The translations under genes and the position numbers were made by a program. Under the pieces are notes generated by a model. The model did not search any database. It saw nothing but the letters and a program-made list of their open reading frames with translations, and was not told the origin of the DNA. This document shows positions 1 through 9,404 of a DNA stretch of 64,000 nt, in pieces. Source of the DNA: Alphaproteobacteria bacterium (GTDB taxonomy: Bacteria; Pseudomonadota; Alphaproteobacteria; JAREAF01); assembly GCA_035620695.1 (NCBI GenBank), contig DASPGI010000126.1, positions 509 through 64,508 of the forward strand, in the 5' to 3' direction. Position 1 is the stretch's first letter; each line of letters starts with the position of its first letter.

Positions 1-297
1 CCTGAGCCGTTGCTCGCCCGCATCCGTCATGCCGGCGCCATCTTTCTGGGCCGGTATGCGCCGGAGGCGATCGGCGACTATGTCGCGGGTCCAAGCCATG
101 TGTTGCCGACCGGCGGGGGCGCCCGCTTCGCATCGGGCCTTGGCGTGCTCGATTTCCTCAAGCGGACTTCGATAATCGGACTGGATCGCGCCGCGCTGGA
201 TCGCGTGGGACCGGTTGCGCGCATCTTGGCGCAGGCCGAGGGGTTGCATGCGCATGCCCGTTCGGTCGCGCTCAGACTGGACCCTGGGGCGCGGTGA
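1..297 (+). CDS. hisD: Histidinol dehydrogenase, C-terminal part (5'-truncated by window edge)
   Basis: [10 protein letters not shown]...[18 protein letters not shown]...[10 protein letters not shown] is the HisD C-terminus; the frame is open from base 1. Confidence 0.95.
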   Translation, partial: PEPLLARIRHAGAIFLGRYAPEAIGDYVAGPSHVLPTGGGARFASGLGVLDFLKRTSIIGLDRAALDRVGPVARILAQAEGLHAHARSVALRLDPGAR

Positions 298-809
298 ACG
301 GGCGTACAGCCGAGCCCAAGCCGAGCCAGGCCGCGGCGGGGCAGCGTCACCGCATCGCCAAGGTCACGCTCGACGAGCGAACCGTCGTCCGTCGCAATCC
401 GGATGTCGAGCATGAGCGGGCGGTTGCGATCTTCGACCTCTTGGAGGAGAACAGCTTCCAGCCCGCCGACCTTCCCTCCGGCCCCTACGATCTTCATCTG
501 GGCATCGAGGAGGATCGGTTGGTCTTCGACATCCGCAGCGCACGCGGCAAGAACCTTGGAAAGATCATGCTGGCCCTGGCGCCGTTCCGCCGGATCGTGA
601 AGGACTATTTCACCGTCTGCGAAAGCTATTTCGCCGCGATCAAGACCGCCTCGCCGAGCCGCATCGAAGCCATCGACATGGGTCGCCGCGCCCTGCACGA
701 CGAAGGTTCGATCCTTCTGCAGGAGCGGCTGGCCGGAAAGGTCGAGATCGACCACAATACCGCTCGGCGATTATTCACGCTGCTCTGCGTTCTCCATATC
801 CGCGGGTGA
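294..809 (+). CDS. UPF0262 family protein
   Basis: [31 protein letters not shown] and TARRLFTL motifs; usual position after hisD in Alphaproteobacteria. Confidence 0.9.
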   Translation: MNGRTAEPKPSQAAAGQRHRIAKVTLDERTVVRRNPDVEHERAVAIFDLLEENSFQPADLPSGPYDLHLGIEEDRLVFDIRSARGKNLGKIMLALAPFRRIVKDYFTVCESYFAAIKTASPSRIEAIDMGRRALHDEGSILLQERLAGKVEIDHNTARRLFTLLCVLHIRG

Positions 810-813
810 GGCA

Positions 814-1257
814 ATGGCGAGGCTGCCGGAGGCCGTGCTCTTTGCCTGCACTCGCAACTCCATCCGTTCGCCGATGGCCGAGGCGCTGCTGAAGCATCTG
901 CACGGTAGCCGCATCTATGTGCAGTCGGTCGGGGTCCGTCCGGCTCCGGTCGATCCCTTCGCGGTAGCGGCGATGGAGGAGATGGGCATCGACATCTCCC
1001 GCCACCGGCAGCGCGGTTTCGAGGATCTGGAGGATGACAGCTTCGATCTGGTGATTTCGCTTTCGCCCGAGGCTCAGCACCGGGCGGTCGACATGACCCG
1101 GCACATGGCCTGCGAGGTCGAGTTCTGGAACACGTTCGACCCCTCCCTGGCCGAGGGAAACCGCGAGATGCGCCTGGACGCCTATCGCGAGGTCCGGGAC
1201 AGCCTGATGCGACGGATCATCGAGCGATTCCCGCGGCATCCCATGGGTTCCGGCTGA
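814..1257 (+). CDS. Low-molecular-weight phosphatase / ArsC-like arsenate reductase family protein
   Basis: P-loop CX5R motif (FACTRNSIRS), plus SVGV and DP motifs. Confidence 0.85.
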   Translation: MARLPEAVLFACTRNSIRSPMAEALLKHLHGSRIYVQSVGVRPAPVDPFAVAAMEEMGIDISRHRQRGFEDLEDDSFDLVISLSPEAQHRAVDMTRHMACEVEFWNTFDPSLAEGNREMRLDAYREVRDSLMRRIIERFPRHPMGSG

Positions 1258-1282
1258 CATCGGACGGCCGGATCGCCGCCCT

Positions 1283-1311
1283 TTGTTCCCATCGTGATCT
1301 TCTAGTATGAT
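1283..1311 (+). promoter_or_regulatory. Putative sigma70 promoter for infA
   Basis: TTGTTC (1283-1288), 17-bp spacer, TATGAT (1306-1311). Confidence 0.5.
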
Positions 1312-1375
1312 CCGCCGCCCTGGCGCTTCGCGGCAGCGGGCGGCATTGATCCAGGGCCACAATGATGGAGGGCCA

Positions 1376-1594
1376 ATGGCGAAAGAGGATCTTTTGGAGT
1401 TTGCCGGCACTGTTACCGAGCTTCTGCCCAACGCAATGTTCCGGGTGAAGCTCGACAATGACCATGAGGTGCTCGCCCACACCTCGGGCAAGATGCGCAA
1501 GAACCGCATTCGAGTGCTCGCCGGCGATCGGGTCAATGTGGAGATGACTCCCTATGATCTGACCAAGGGGCGCATCACCTTCCGCTTCAAGTAA
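1376..1594 (+). CDS. infA: Translation initiation factor IF-1
   Basis: MAKED...[12 protein letters not shown]...[17 protein letters not shown]...[13 protein letters not shown]; ATG at 1376 follows a GGAG RBS. Confidence 0.97.
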   Translation: MAKEDLLEFAGTVTELLPNAMFRVKLDNDHEVLAHTSGKMRKNRIRVLAGDRVNVEMTPYDLTKGRITFRFK

Positions 1595-1608
1595 CACGGC
1601 CCGAATCC

Positions 1609-2199
1609 ATGCCGGCAGCCTCCCGGCCCCGGCTTGTTCTTGCCTCGGCTTCGCCCCGGCGGCTGGAGTTGTTGCGCCAGATCGGCATCGAACCCGATGC
1701 CGTCGACCCGTCCGAGATCGACGAAACGGTTCTGAAGGGAGAGCTGCCGCCCGATCATGCCAAGCGAATGGCGCTCGCCAAGGCCATGGCCGTGCGGGCG
1801 CGTCGGGCGGAGGGTTTCATCCTTGCCGCCGACACGGTCGTTGCCTGCGGACGGCGCATTCTGCCGAAGGCCGAGGATGCCGATACCGCACGCCGCTGCC
1901 TTGCATTGCTGTCGGGTCGGCGTCACAGGGTGCTTGGCGCGATCGTTGCGATCACACCCGACGGACGGCGTGCCGCACGCCTTGTGCGCAGCATCGTCAG
2001 CTTCGAGCGCCTTCCACCTGCACGCATCGCCGCCTATCTCGACAGCGGCGAGTGGCGCGGCAAGGCCGGGGGTTACGCAATCCAGGGCCGCGCCGCAGCC
2101 TTCGTGCGCGCCTTGAGCGGCTCTTACAGCAACGTTGTCGGCCTGCCGCTTTACGAGACCGCGCAACTGTTGCGCGGTCTGGGCTACCCGATCCTCTGA
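1609..2199 (+). CDS. maf: Maf family nucleoside triphosphate pyrophosphatase
   Basis: LVLASASPRR, ILAADTVV, GKAGGYAIQG and SNVVGLP motifs. Confidence 0.95.
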   Translation: MPAASRPRLVLASASPRRLELLRQIGIEPDAVDPSEIDETVLKGELPPDHAKRMALAKAMAVRARRAEGFILAADTVVACGRRILPKAEDADTARRCLALLSGRRHRVLGAIVAITPDGRRAARLVRSIVSFERLPPARIAAYLDSGEWRGKAGGYAIQGRAAAFVRALSGSYSNVVGLPLYETAQLLRGLGYPIL

Positions 2200-2208
2200 G
2201 CCCGACCG

Positions 2209-3621
2209 ATGCGCCGCTTTCTCATAGAGCATGGATTGGGCCAGACACGGCTGGCGCTGATTGAAGGCGAGCGCCTGGTCGAGTTCCGGCTGGCCGAGGG
2301 AGAAGATCGCCATCGGCCGGGCAGCCTGCATCTCGGGCGGGTGATCTCGGTCGATCCCGGCTTGGCCGCCGCCTTCGTCGAGATCGGAGCCGATCGGCCG
2401 GGGCTCCTGCCGCTTCGCGATGCCAGGCGGACACCGCCCTCGACGGGCGACGCCATCCTGGTCCAGGTCACCCGTGCATCGCTCGAGGATAAGGGCGTGC
2501 GCTTATCGGCCCGGCCGGTGCTGGCGGGGCGTGGCATTGCATTGCGGCCGGGGCGCAGCGGGATTGCCTTCGCCGCCAATCTCTCCGATCCGCCGGAACG
2601 CGAGCGCATCCGCGAGCTGCTGCGTTCGGAGTTTGCGGTGGGCCTCGGCCTGAACGTGGACCGCCGCGCGCTCGACCTGCCGGCGGGACGGTTGCGGGCG
2701 GAGGCGCGGCGGTTGATCGGGGTGTGGAGGGCCATCGCCGATCGGCAGGCGTCGGTCTCTCCGCCCGCGTTGCTTTGGGATGGTCCGGATGCGGTCGGGC
2801 GCGCTTTGCTCGACTGGGCGGTGCCCGGGATGGAGATCGTTTGCAACGACAGCGCCCTCGCGGCCTCGGTGGCGGCGCGTCTGGTCGAGGACTTGGCCGA
2901 CGCAAAGGCGACCCCGCGCCTTGATCGATCGCCTATGCTGCTCGAGAAAGAAGGCGTGGAAGAGCAGCTCGAGGCGGCGCTGCGACCGGAGGCGCCAATA
3001 CCGGGAGGCGGCCTCCTTCTGATCGAGCCGGGGCGGACGCTGACGGCGGTGGATGTCAATTCGGCAGGCGCCGACCGGCGTCCGCGCGAGGTGAATCTCG
3101 CCGCCGCTGAGGAGATCGCCCATCAACTGCGCTTGCGCGCCATCGGCGGGCTGGTGGTGATCGACTTCATCGATCTGCGCACACCCAGCGCCCGCGGCGC
3201 GGTGCTGGAGCGCTTGGCCCAGAGCCTTTCGCGCGACCCGGTGGGCTGCGAGTTGGCTGGCGCCACCCGGCTGGGCCTGGTCGAATTGACGCGCCGTCGA
3301 GCGGGACCGAATCTCGCCGAGCTTTTGACCGAGCCGTGCGGCCTCGGCGGTAGCGGACGCGTGCGCCGGGTGGAGGCGATCGGCGGCGAGCTCCTGCGGC
3401 GGATCGCGACCGAGGCGCTGGCCAGGCCGGGAGGGCGCTTTGCGCTCGTCTGCGCGCCCGAGATTGCGCAGGCCTTCATGGGGCCGTTGGCCGAAGGCCG
3501 GGCCGAATTGGAACGGCGGCTCGGACGGCGCATCGAGATCGCGGCCGACCCTTCCCTGCCGCGCGAGGGCTCCCATATCAGCGCGAGGTCGGCGGGCGGT
3601 CAGGAGCAGGACGGCGCATGA
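2209..3621 (+). CDS. Ribonuclease E/G family protein (RNase G-like)
   Basis: S1-like [36 protein letters not shown] and ELTRRR motifs. Confidence 0.88.
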   Translation: MRRFLIEHGLGQTRLALIEGERLVEFRLAEGEDRHRPGSLHLGRVISVDPGLAAAFVEIGADRPGLLPLRDARRTPPSTGDAILVQVTRASLEDKGVRLSARPVLAGRGIALRPGRSGIAFAANLSDPPERERIRELLRSEFAVGLGLNVDRRALDLPAGRLRAEARRLIGVWRAIADRQASVSPPALLWDGPDAVGRALLDWAVPGMEIVCNDSALAASVAARLVEDLADAKATPRLDRSPMLLEKEGVEEQLEAALRPEAPIPGGGLLLIEPGRTLTAVDVNSAGADRRPREVNLAAAEEIAHQLRLRAIGGLVVIDFIDLRTPSARGAVLERLAQSLSRDPVGCELAGATRLGLVELTRRRAGPNLAELLTEPCGLGGSGRVRRVEAIGGELLRRIATEALARPGGRFALVCAPEIAQAFMGPLAEGRAELERRLGRRIEIAADPSLPREGSHISARSAGGQEQDGA

Positions 3622-3839
3622 GCGAGGCGGAGAAGGGGCTGGCGGCGCGACGGGCGCGCAAGAGCGGACGCCGACGCGGCTGCCCGCTCTGCGGCAAGCC
3701 ACCGGTCGAAGAGCACCGGCCCTTCTGCTCGGTGCGCTGCAAGCAGATCGATCTCGGCCGCTGGCTCGGCGAGAACTACCGCATCGAAAGCGAGGAACGG
3801 CGCGAGGGCGAACCCACCCCCGAGGAGGGCAAGGAATAG
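3618..3839 (+). CDS. yacG: DNA gyrase inhibitor YacG
   Basis: CPLCGK...[15 protein letters not shown] zinc finger. Confidence 0.93.
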   Translation: MSEAEKGLAARRARKSGRRRGCPLCGKPPVEEHRPFCSVRCKQIDLGRWLGENYRIESEERREGEPTPEEGKE

Positions 3840-3876
3840 AGGCCCGTTGGGCGGGTGCAGGCGGACCGCGCCGGGC

Positions 3877-3905
3877 TGGACAGGACCGGCCGAATTTCCT
3901 ATAAG
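3877..3905 (+). promoter_or_regulatory. Putative sigma70 promoter for tRNA-Phe
   Basis: TGGACA (3877-3882), 17-bp spacer, TATAAG (3900-3905), about 80 bp upstream of the tRNA. Confidence 0.65.
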
Positions 3906-3985
3906 CCCTGCCTCTGCCATAGGCCGCCCCCGGGATTTCGTACGCGGGGGCCGCGGCCCGCTTCCTCGACCAGAGAAGCCCCGGC

Positions 3986-4061
3986 GCCCAGGTAGCTCAG
4001 TTGGTAGAGCACGTGACTGAAAATCACGGTGTCGGTGGTTCGATTCCGCCCCTGGGCACCA
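3986..4061 (+). tRNA. tRNA-Phe (anticodon GAA)
   Basis: 76 nt GCCCAGGTAGCTCAGTTGGTAGAGC...GGTTCGATTCCGCCCCTGGGCACCA; anticodon stem CGTGA/TCACG with loop CTGAAAA; encoded CCA end. Confidence 0.98.
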
Positions 4062-4106
4062 TTGGTGCACTGCATCCTAATGATTCCAATGGGTTACCAC
4101 CCCGAT

Positions 4107-4146
4107 TTGTCCCACCCGCCCGTTCGGAATCTCCAAGGTGGGACAA
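4107..4146. repeat. Inverted pair of putative integrase arm-type sites (left end of element 1)
   Basis: TTGTCCCAC (4107-4115) and GTGGGACAA (4138-4146) are exact reverse complements; the motif recurs at 6482 and 8098. Confidence 0.6.
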
Positions 4147-4240
4147 TCGGTTCGTAAAACGTACTCAGTTCTGCCGTCGGCCCCTGCTCGTTTTGCTGAT
4201 CGTCTAGCCCTGGCGACACATTCGAAAGTGGCGCACGCTG

Positions 4241-4783
4241 TTGCCCGCTAAGACTGTGGTCGGGCGTGTGATGCAAAACTTCCGGGAGGTGCGCCGCATC
4301 TCGAATGCCTATGCCAGCGGAATCGGGCGTGTCATTTCGCGATGGGCATATCTGGAGTGGCTGCTGACCGATATTACCCATCGGGTGCTTGGGATGGGTC
4401 CGAAGCAAGGGAGGTTGGTGGTCAGGGATGCTCGCGCCTATGAGCGCGTTGAGACGATCGACACGCTCATGCGATTGCGGCAGTTGAAAACGAGCGTCGA
4501 CCTGAAACAACTCGCCAGTGACCTGAAATCCGCAGAGAGCGATCGGAATTTGCTCGCTCATGGGATGTGGATCAAGCACCCACGCACGGGCAAGCTGCAC
4601 GTATGGTTCATCAGAGGAAACTGGCGCCCCGATCCGAAACAGCCCAAGGTCAGTAGGAAGATCAAACCTGAAGCGGTGCGGAAGGCGCCTGCGGATCTGA
4701 GGGCTTGCTATAAGGCGATCGATCGCCTGATTGGCGAGCTGAGGAATCTGCAGGCGGAAGTCGAGAAGGCTGTCACACCTTAA
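4241..4783 (+). CDS. Hypothetical protein with HEPN-like R-x4-H motif
   Basis: Predicted all-helical; IGRVISRWAYLE N-terminal helix and DRNLLAHGMW motif; start may be 4270. Confidence 0.6.
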   Translation: MPAKTVVGRVMQNFREVRRISNAYASGIGRVISRWAYLEWLLTDITHRVLGMGPKQGRLVVRDARAYERVETIDTLMRLRQLKTSVDLKQLASDLKSAESDRNLLAHGMWIKHPRTGKLHVWFIRGNWRPDPKQPKVSRKIKPEAVRKAPADLRACYKAIDRLIGELRNLQAEVEKAVTP

Positions 4784-4827
4784 AGGGGCGAGGGCGTGAT
4801 CGGCATCCAAGGGGAGGAGAAATCGCG

Positions 4828-5295
4828 ATGCTTCGACGCACGATGATAGGTGTTCTTGCACTTTGCGCCTTTGCAGCGTCTGCCGTTGTATATGCCCAAA
4901 CCGCCCAGTTCGGCACGCCTGAAGAAGCTCGGGCCCTGCTCGACAGGGCTGTCACAAGTATGAAGGCAGATCCGGCCAATACGATTGCTCAGATCAACAA
5001 AGGTGAAGGGGGGTTCAAAGATCGCGATCTCTATGTGTTCTGCTATGCCGATGGCAAGGTTGTCGCTCACGGAAATGACCCCACGCGGGTCGGCATGCTA
5101 ACAAAAGACCTGAAGGACACATCTGGAAAGCTGTATGGCGAGGAAATGCTCAGGGCTGCAGAAGAGGGCAAGATCGCGGAAGTCAGTTACATGTTTCCAC
5201 GGCCCGGATCTGATACGACGCCTGTGTCAAAAGTTGCGCTTGTGACCAAGGTGACTGATCACGTGTGTGCGGTAGGATACTACAAGCAGAACTAG
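4828..5295 (+). CDS. Secreted stand-alone single Cache-domain protein
   Basis: Signal peptide (MLRRTMIGVLALCAFAASAVVYA); TPEEARALL...FKDRDLYVFC...VVAHG...LKDTSGK...VSYMFPRPG...K...VCAVGYY Cache pattern; GGAGGAG RBS. Confidence 0.85.
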   Translation: MLRRTMIGVLALCAFAASAVVYAQTAQFGTPEEARALLDRAVTSMKADPANTIAQINKGEGGFKDRDLYVFCYADGKVVAHGNDPTRVGMLTKDLKDTSGKLYGEEMLRAAEEGKIAEVSYMFPRPGSDTTPVSKVALVTKVTDHVCAVGYYKQN

Positions 5296-5317
5296 AACCT
5301 TAGCCGGCATATCGCGG

Positions 5318-5803
5318 ATGACGGAGGGGTCTATATTGCCCAGCCAACCGGCAGTGTCGAAAAAGAGCACTCGACTTCTTCCGGTCACTACCCTGAGCGA
5401 GCCCGCATTGACGGCCATCGGCGATGTGGTCGCGGAATTTGGACGGATCGAATATGATACGAAGCTGGCGATAAAAAACATGGTGGGCGATTTCACCAAA
5501 GGCTTAATCGAAGCCGAGAAGCTGCACCGTTTCAGTGCAATCGCCGATCACGCTATTGCGAAGGCAGAAAAGCAATTTGGCGCTAAGAAGGCAAAGCGCC
5601 TAATTGGCCTAATCAAAGCCGCGAAAAAGCTGACGCCTTTCCGCAATGACGTAGTGCATGGCTGCTGGTTCGCGGATGATCGATTGGTGCGAATGGAATT
5701 CAAGAAACCCCATAGCCTAAAGCACCACAACTACATTGTTCGACTGGACGAATTGCAAGCTCTTGCTGACCGGCTTCGGGCGACCCGTCTGGAAATTCAC
5801 TGA
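5318..5803 (+). CDS. Hypothetical protein with HEPN-like R-x4-H motif (paralog-like to 4241-4783)
   Basis: AIGDVVAEFGRIE helix and FRNDVVHGCW motif at similar spacing to the first ORF. Confidence 0.6.
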   Translation: MTEGSILPSQPAVSKKSTRLLPVTTLSEPALTAIGDVVAEFGRIEYDTKLAIKNMVGDFTKGLIEAEKLHRFSAIADHAIAKAEKQFGAKKAKRLIGLIKAAKKLTPFRNDVVHGCWFADDRLVRMEFKKPHSLKHHNYIVRLDELQALADRLRATRLEIH

Positions 5804-5890
5804 GAGCGCTTTTTGATCTTCGGGCAGAAGCCGCCCGAGGAACAAAATCAGGCTGGGCCATGATCGGCTATACCATGGATTGCCAGTCGG

Positions 5891-6415
5891 TCATACGTAG
5901 ATGCCGAACTCCCAAGGCTGCTTGCCGGCTTCGCGAAGCCGGTCATTCGCATCTCGAAGCATACGCCTCAAGCGGTCTTGCTCCTTACGCACGAGATCGG
6001 CGTCTCGACGGATTTGGCCGCTGTTGCGCAGCATTGAAACGATCAACTCCCAGCTTGGCGCATCCTTATCACAAAAGGGGAGCGGGGACGACGGTTCGCC
6101 TGCCTCCCTCAGCGATTTCAATCAGTCCTGCCCAATCGGGGATCTCCTCTGTCTTGAGGAGGGCGGGCGGCGTCACATAGTAGAAGCGGTCACTGAACAG
6201 CGAGCTTCGCGCTGCTTGTTGTAGGTGTCCCGACGATAGTCCGCCCGCGATACTTTGATCTCGTAGGCTGTCGCCAGATAGCCCTTCGACTGCCACGGCG
6301 CGATTGTCCAGAAGTCGCATCGACGATCGCCGGTTGAAAGCGCGAGTTCGCTGGCCCAAATCATGCTGTCGTCACAGCTTGCGATAAGTGAATCGAGAAT
6401 GTCTTCTGCGGTCAT
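5891..6415 (-). pseudogene. MmcB-like PD-(D/E)xK nuclease pseudogene with two frameshifts
   Basis: Three frames join: MTAEDIL...RRCDFWTI...YEIKVSRADYRRD..KQREA / LFSDRFYYVTPP...EEIPDWAGLIE...VPAP / CDKDAPSWELIVSMLRN; shifts near 6200 and 6075. Confidence 0.7.
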
Positions 6416-6481
6416 GTCCTCGCATAACGCGATGTTACACGGTGCGCAACGAATAAGTGCAAAAGCCAAAGATCGCATGCG

Positions 6482-6591
6482 GTGGGACAAAACGGTTTGT
6501 AAGCCCTTGAAACACTATGGGACGAATCGCAGTCCCACCGGCCTGTATGTGATTGAAATACAAGACTTTATGCAGACCGCCCCTGGGCACC
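6482..6591 (+). repeat. att-like right end of element 1 (arm motifs plus tRNA-Phe 3' core)
   Basis: GTGGGACAA 6482-6490, TGGGACGAA 6518-6526, GTCCCAC 6532-6538, core CCGCCCCTGGGCACC 6577-6591. Confidence 0.75.
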
Positions 6592-6689
6592 GCTATAGGG
6601 CAGCGCGCCATACCGCGCAACAGTGCTGACGTCGTACAAAGTGATATCCAGGGACTTGTCCATCCCCTGCTAAGTCTCCGATTGTAAGA

Positions 6690-7110
6690 GGGGATATGCC
6701 CGTTCCAGAGCGCGCGTGCCGATAGTAGTCGGCAGATCGCGTGAAGATTTCAGCCAGGTTTAGGCTTTCCCATCCGAAAATCGCCATGAGCCGGTGCAAA
6801 TCCCGATTGGTGAGGGCGAGCTAAGCCACGTGGTCATAAGCCTCTGTGCCGCGCCGATTCCGGACGCGGTCTCGCTCAGACCATCAAGGATTTGGAGAAA
6901 GCTGCCGGTCTTGAAACGGCTGCGCCCGCAGGCGATGTGGCGAGCGTGTCCGGTGCGCCGTATTGGGATGGTTCCGTTCGTCATCGAAAAAACTTATGAA
7001 GCCAAAAGCTCATAGTGGCCACTCGGTCGAGCAAACTCGGCGAACACCCAAATTCCTCATGCCTCCGGCAATGTGGACATAGCGATTCTGACCCGAGGAC
7101 GTAACCGCAT
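6690..7110 (-). pseudogene. Decayed tyrosine recombinase (phage integrase) C-terminal remnant
   Basis: LHRLMAIFGWESLNLAEIFTRSAD resembles the integrase box II pattern (LMAIFGW...AExYTR); upstream DGLSE resembles an eroded HGLRK; several frameshifts, boundaries approximate. Confidence 0.65.
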
Positions 7111-7703
7111 CGGGAGCATATTATTACACGTTGCTGAACCTTCGGAGTTTGCTGCTCCATGTAAAGCGCTTTCCGCGCTACGGCGCCTGTGCTGTCGGGC
7201 CTTTAGTTCAACGATCCGATATGCCGGTTTCGCAACGTAACTCCCCTAATGACTGGATATGCGCACGTGCATCAAGAACGTCAACCAAGATTGGAAAAAT
7301 GCTGTCGAGGGGGCCACCGGCGGCAACGGGCCGCCGCTCGCCTTCAAGGCCCTGGAGCAGGCAAACACGGCGGGGCGCGGCTGGCGAGCATGCCGGGTGC
7401 GAGCCCAGAGCGGTGCCGTTGGACCGGGGGCCACCCTCGGTCACCTCTGCGAATCTCAATCCATCGGCGAGGATCGTCTATCGCTTCGGCTAGGCTGAAG
7501 ATTGTCCGACTGCGGGCGTATGGTTCCTGTCGCAACTTTGGCGCTACGGTGACTGATCCGGCGGTCAGAGTTGTGCTGGCCCCGTGCAGGGTCTGGCCGG
7601 GGATACATGGCCTCGCCCCGTGGGCGGCGGGCTTCCAATGGCGGCAGTAGCACGAGGTCTTGCCTGGCGCGAACATGAACCTGAGCCGCACTAGGGTGCA
7701 AGC

Positions 7704-8009
7704 ATGAGAGCATACGTCATAGTTCAAGAGACGATCAAAGACGAGGGTATGTTCGCTTTGTACCGGAACGGCGTGGTCGCCACCCTGCGGGAATATGGCG
7801 GCCGTTTCATTGTGCGCGGGGGCAGGCTGACTGTGATCGAGGGCGAGTGGCCGCATCCTCAACTGGTTGTGATTGAGTTCCCTTCGAGAGAAGCAGCTGA
7901 AGGATGGTATCAGTCCCCAGCCTACCAGAAGCTATTGCCATTACGGCTAAACAGTTCGGTCGGGAACTTCATCATTGTCGACGGAGCGATCGGAATTGAC
8001 TTCGTGTAA
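7704..8009 (+). CDS. DUF1330 domain protein
   Basis: AYVIV...YGGRFIVRGG...EGEW...VVIEFPSREAAEGWYQSPAYQ...LR. Confidence 0.9.
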   Translation: MRAYVIVQETIKDEGMFALYRNGVVATLREYGGRFIVRGGRLTVIEGEWPHPQLVVIEFPSREAAEGWYQSPAYQKLLPLRLNSSVGNFIIVDGAIGIDFV

Positions 8010-8097
8010 ATCTGCTGGCACCCCGATCTGTTTCCGCTCTGCCAAATCTCAGTGGTGGTTTCCGGTTCGCGTGTTGTGCTGGAAATCTACTCGCTGC

Positions 8098-8214
8098 GTG
8101 GGACAATTTTGTAAGTGCTTGATCCAGGATCCAGGATGGGAGAAGTTCTGCCCCTCCACCACCCGCCGCTAAGTGCTCGGATTAGGCCGTTACCTAAACC
8201 GCCCCTGGACACCA
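8098..8214 (+). repeat. att-like right end of element 2
   Basis: GTGGGACAA 8098-8106 followed by GTAAGTGCTTGA, then core CCGCCCCTGGACACCA 8199-8214; spacing close to that at 6482-6591. Confidence 0.7.
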
Positions 8215-8508
8215 TCTCTCCAAGGTATGAAGGCAACGGCCCGTCCGAAGCCCAGCAAGGCGTTCCCAAGTCCTGCAGGCATCCGAAAAGGCATGGGGCG
8301 AAGGTCCGGGCTCCGGCCTGGAGCCCTCTACATAAGGTACCGATCCGGGCTGTCGCACTCGATGCTTCGGTGCCGCAGCGGTCCATCTAGACGAAATCTA
8401 CGGTGAATTTCCTGCAATAAAAAAAATTGCAACGCTAGAACCCTGTCGCCGTTTCGTCATTCGATTCGACCCTTTGTCGACTTATCTGTCAATGTGTGGA
8501 GCGTGACG

Positions 8509-8949
8509 ATGCTGTTGGACCACCTGCGTCGAGATCATAGAGAAGTGCTTGATCTTCTGAAGGTGATAGGCGAAAGCGATGATGCCAGGGAGTGCGGTGC
8601 GCTTTTCAATGAATTCCGCAACAAAATGCTGGCGCATGCTCATGCCGAGCAGAAAGTTTTATATGCGCCCATGAGGCGCGACGAAGAATTCGAGGATACC
8701 ATTCTCGAAGCAATCGTCGAGCATGAGGTAGCTGAGGATCTCATTGAGCAGTTGTCGCGTGCCCGGGGAAAGGCGTCGGCGGAATGGCACGCCAAATGCA
8801 CGGTACTGAAGGAGATGATCGAGCATCACGTCGAAGAAGAAGAGAGTGAAATCTTTCCTGCCGCGCAGAACATGTTCGATGCACGGGAGCTGGAGGAAAT
8901 GGCCGAGAAATTTCAGGGCATGAAGGAGAAGGAGCAGCGCGCGGCGTAA
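8509..8949 (+). CDS. Hemerythrin/HHE cation-binding domain protein
   Basis: DH...HAHAEQ...EH...HHVEEEE repeated HHE motifs. Confidence 0.85.
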   Translation: MLLDHLRRDHREVLDLLKVIGESDDARECGALFNEFRNKMLAHAHAEQKVLYAPMRRDEEFEDTILEAIVEHEVAEDLIEQLSRARGKASAEWHAKCTVLKEMIEHHVEEEESEIFPAAQNMFDARELEEMAEKFQGMKEKEQRAA

Positions 8950-9312
8950 CAGACCTGAACCTTGTCCGGTACCGAAGTTTGCTCCGCTCAAGCCGAGAGA
9001 GACGAGTGATCACCGGATCGCAGCACCGCGCATGCCACATGGGATCTGCGAAAAGGTCGATCAGCCGTTAATCCATTGCGGATCGGCGTCCATGCTGTTG
9101 TGAAATCTGGAATGCGCTCAACGCTCGGCCGGAATGGCGATATGAATATCTGCGCCTGCGGTACTCCTTCAGCAGGATGATCTCGGCGGTATGCCTGCGG
9201 GCAAAAGGAATGGCCCTGGCACGCCACGATTGATCAATTGGCAGAATGAATGGAAGGACCAGAAATCCACAATAAGTGCCGATATAGAAGAAGGGAAACT
9301 TCATAGCCACGC

Positions 9313-9371
9313 ACCTCTGTCAAACCTCTGTCAAACAAGGCCTCCAAAGCCTCGCAATGAGTTGTCACAAC
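9313..9371. repeat. 11-bp tandem direct repeat plus 11-bp palindrome
   Basis: ACCTCTGTCAA x2 (9313-9334) and GTTGTCACAAC (9361-9371) in an AT-rich intergenic stretch. Confidence 0.5.
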
Positions 9372-9404
9372 GAAGCGCAGGAACTGGTTATCGAAATTTG
9401 GAAA

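Larger units (their letters stand above)
4046..6591. mobile_element. Integrative mini-element 1 at tRNA-Phe (about 2.5 kb, no integrase inside)
   Basis: Exact 15-bp direct repeat CCGCCCCTGGGCACC at 4046-4060 (tRNA 3' end) and 6577-6591; GTGGGACAA-type motifs near both ends; visibly more AT-rich than the backbone. Confidence 0.8.
6577..8214. mobile_element. Integrative element remnant 2 (about 1.6 kb; decayed integrase plus DUF1330)
   Basis: Bounded by the att core at 6577-6591 and CCGCCCCTGGACACCA at 8199-8214 (15/16 match to the tRNA end); right end has the same GTGGGACAA...GTAAG architecture. Confidence 0.7.

Noticed and set aside
7259-7498. Short ORF fragment IKNVNQDWKNAVEGATGG...
   Set aside because: Looks like decayed coding sequence in element 2, but I cannot assign a family or boundaries
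8215-8400. Possible second integrase remnant on the minus strand (FSDACRTWERLAGL...LHTL)
   Set aside because: Only a loose resemblance to the pre-HGLR region; needs an HMM search
8437-8461. Possible EcfG/general-stress promoter (AGAAC-N16-CATT) before the hemerythrin gene
   Set aside because: Both boxes deviate from GGAAC/CGTT; too weak without transcription start data
9068-9310. 80-aa minus-strand ORF
   Set aside because: No recognisable motif or RBS; probably a gene remnant
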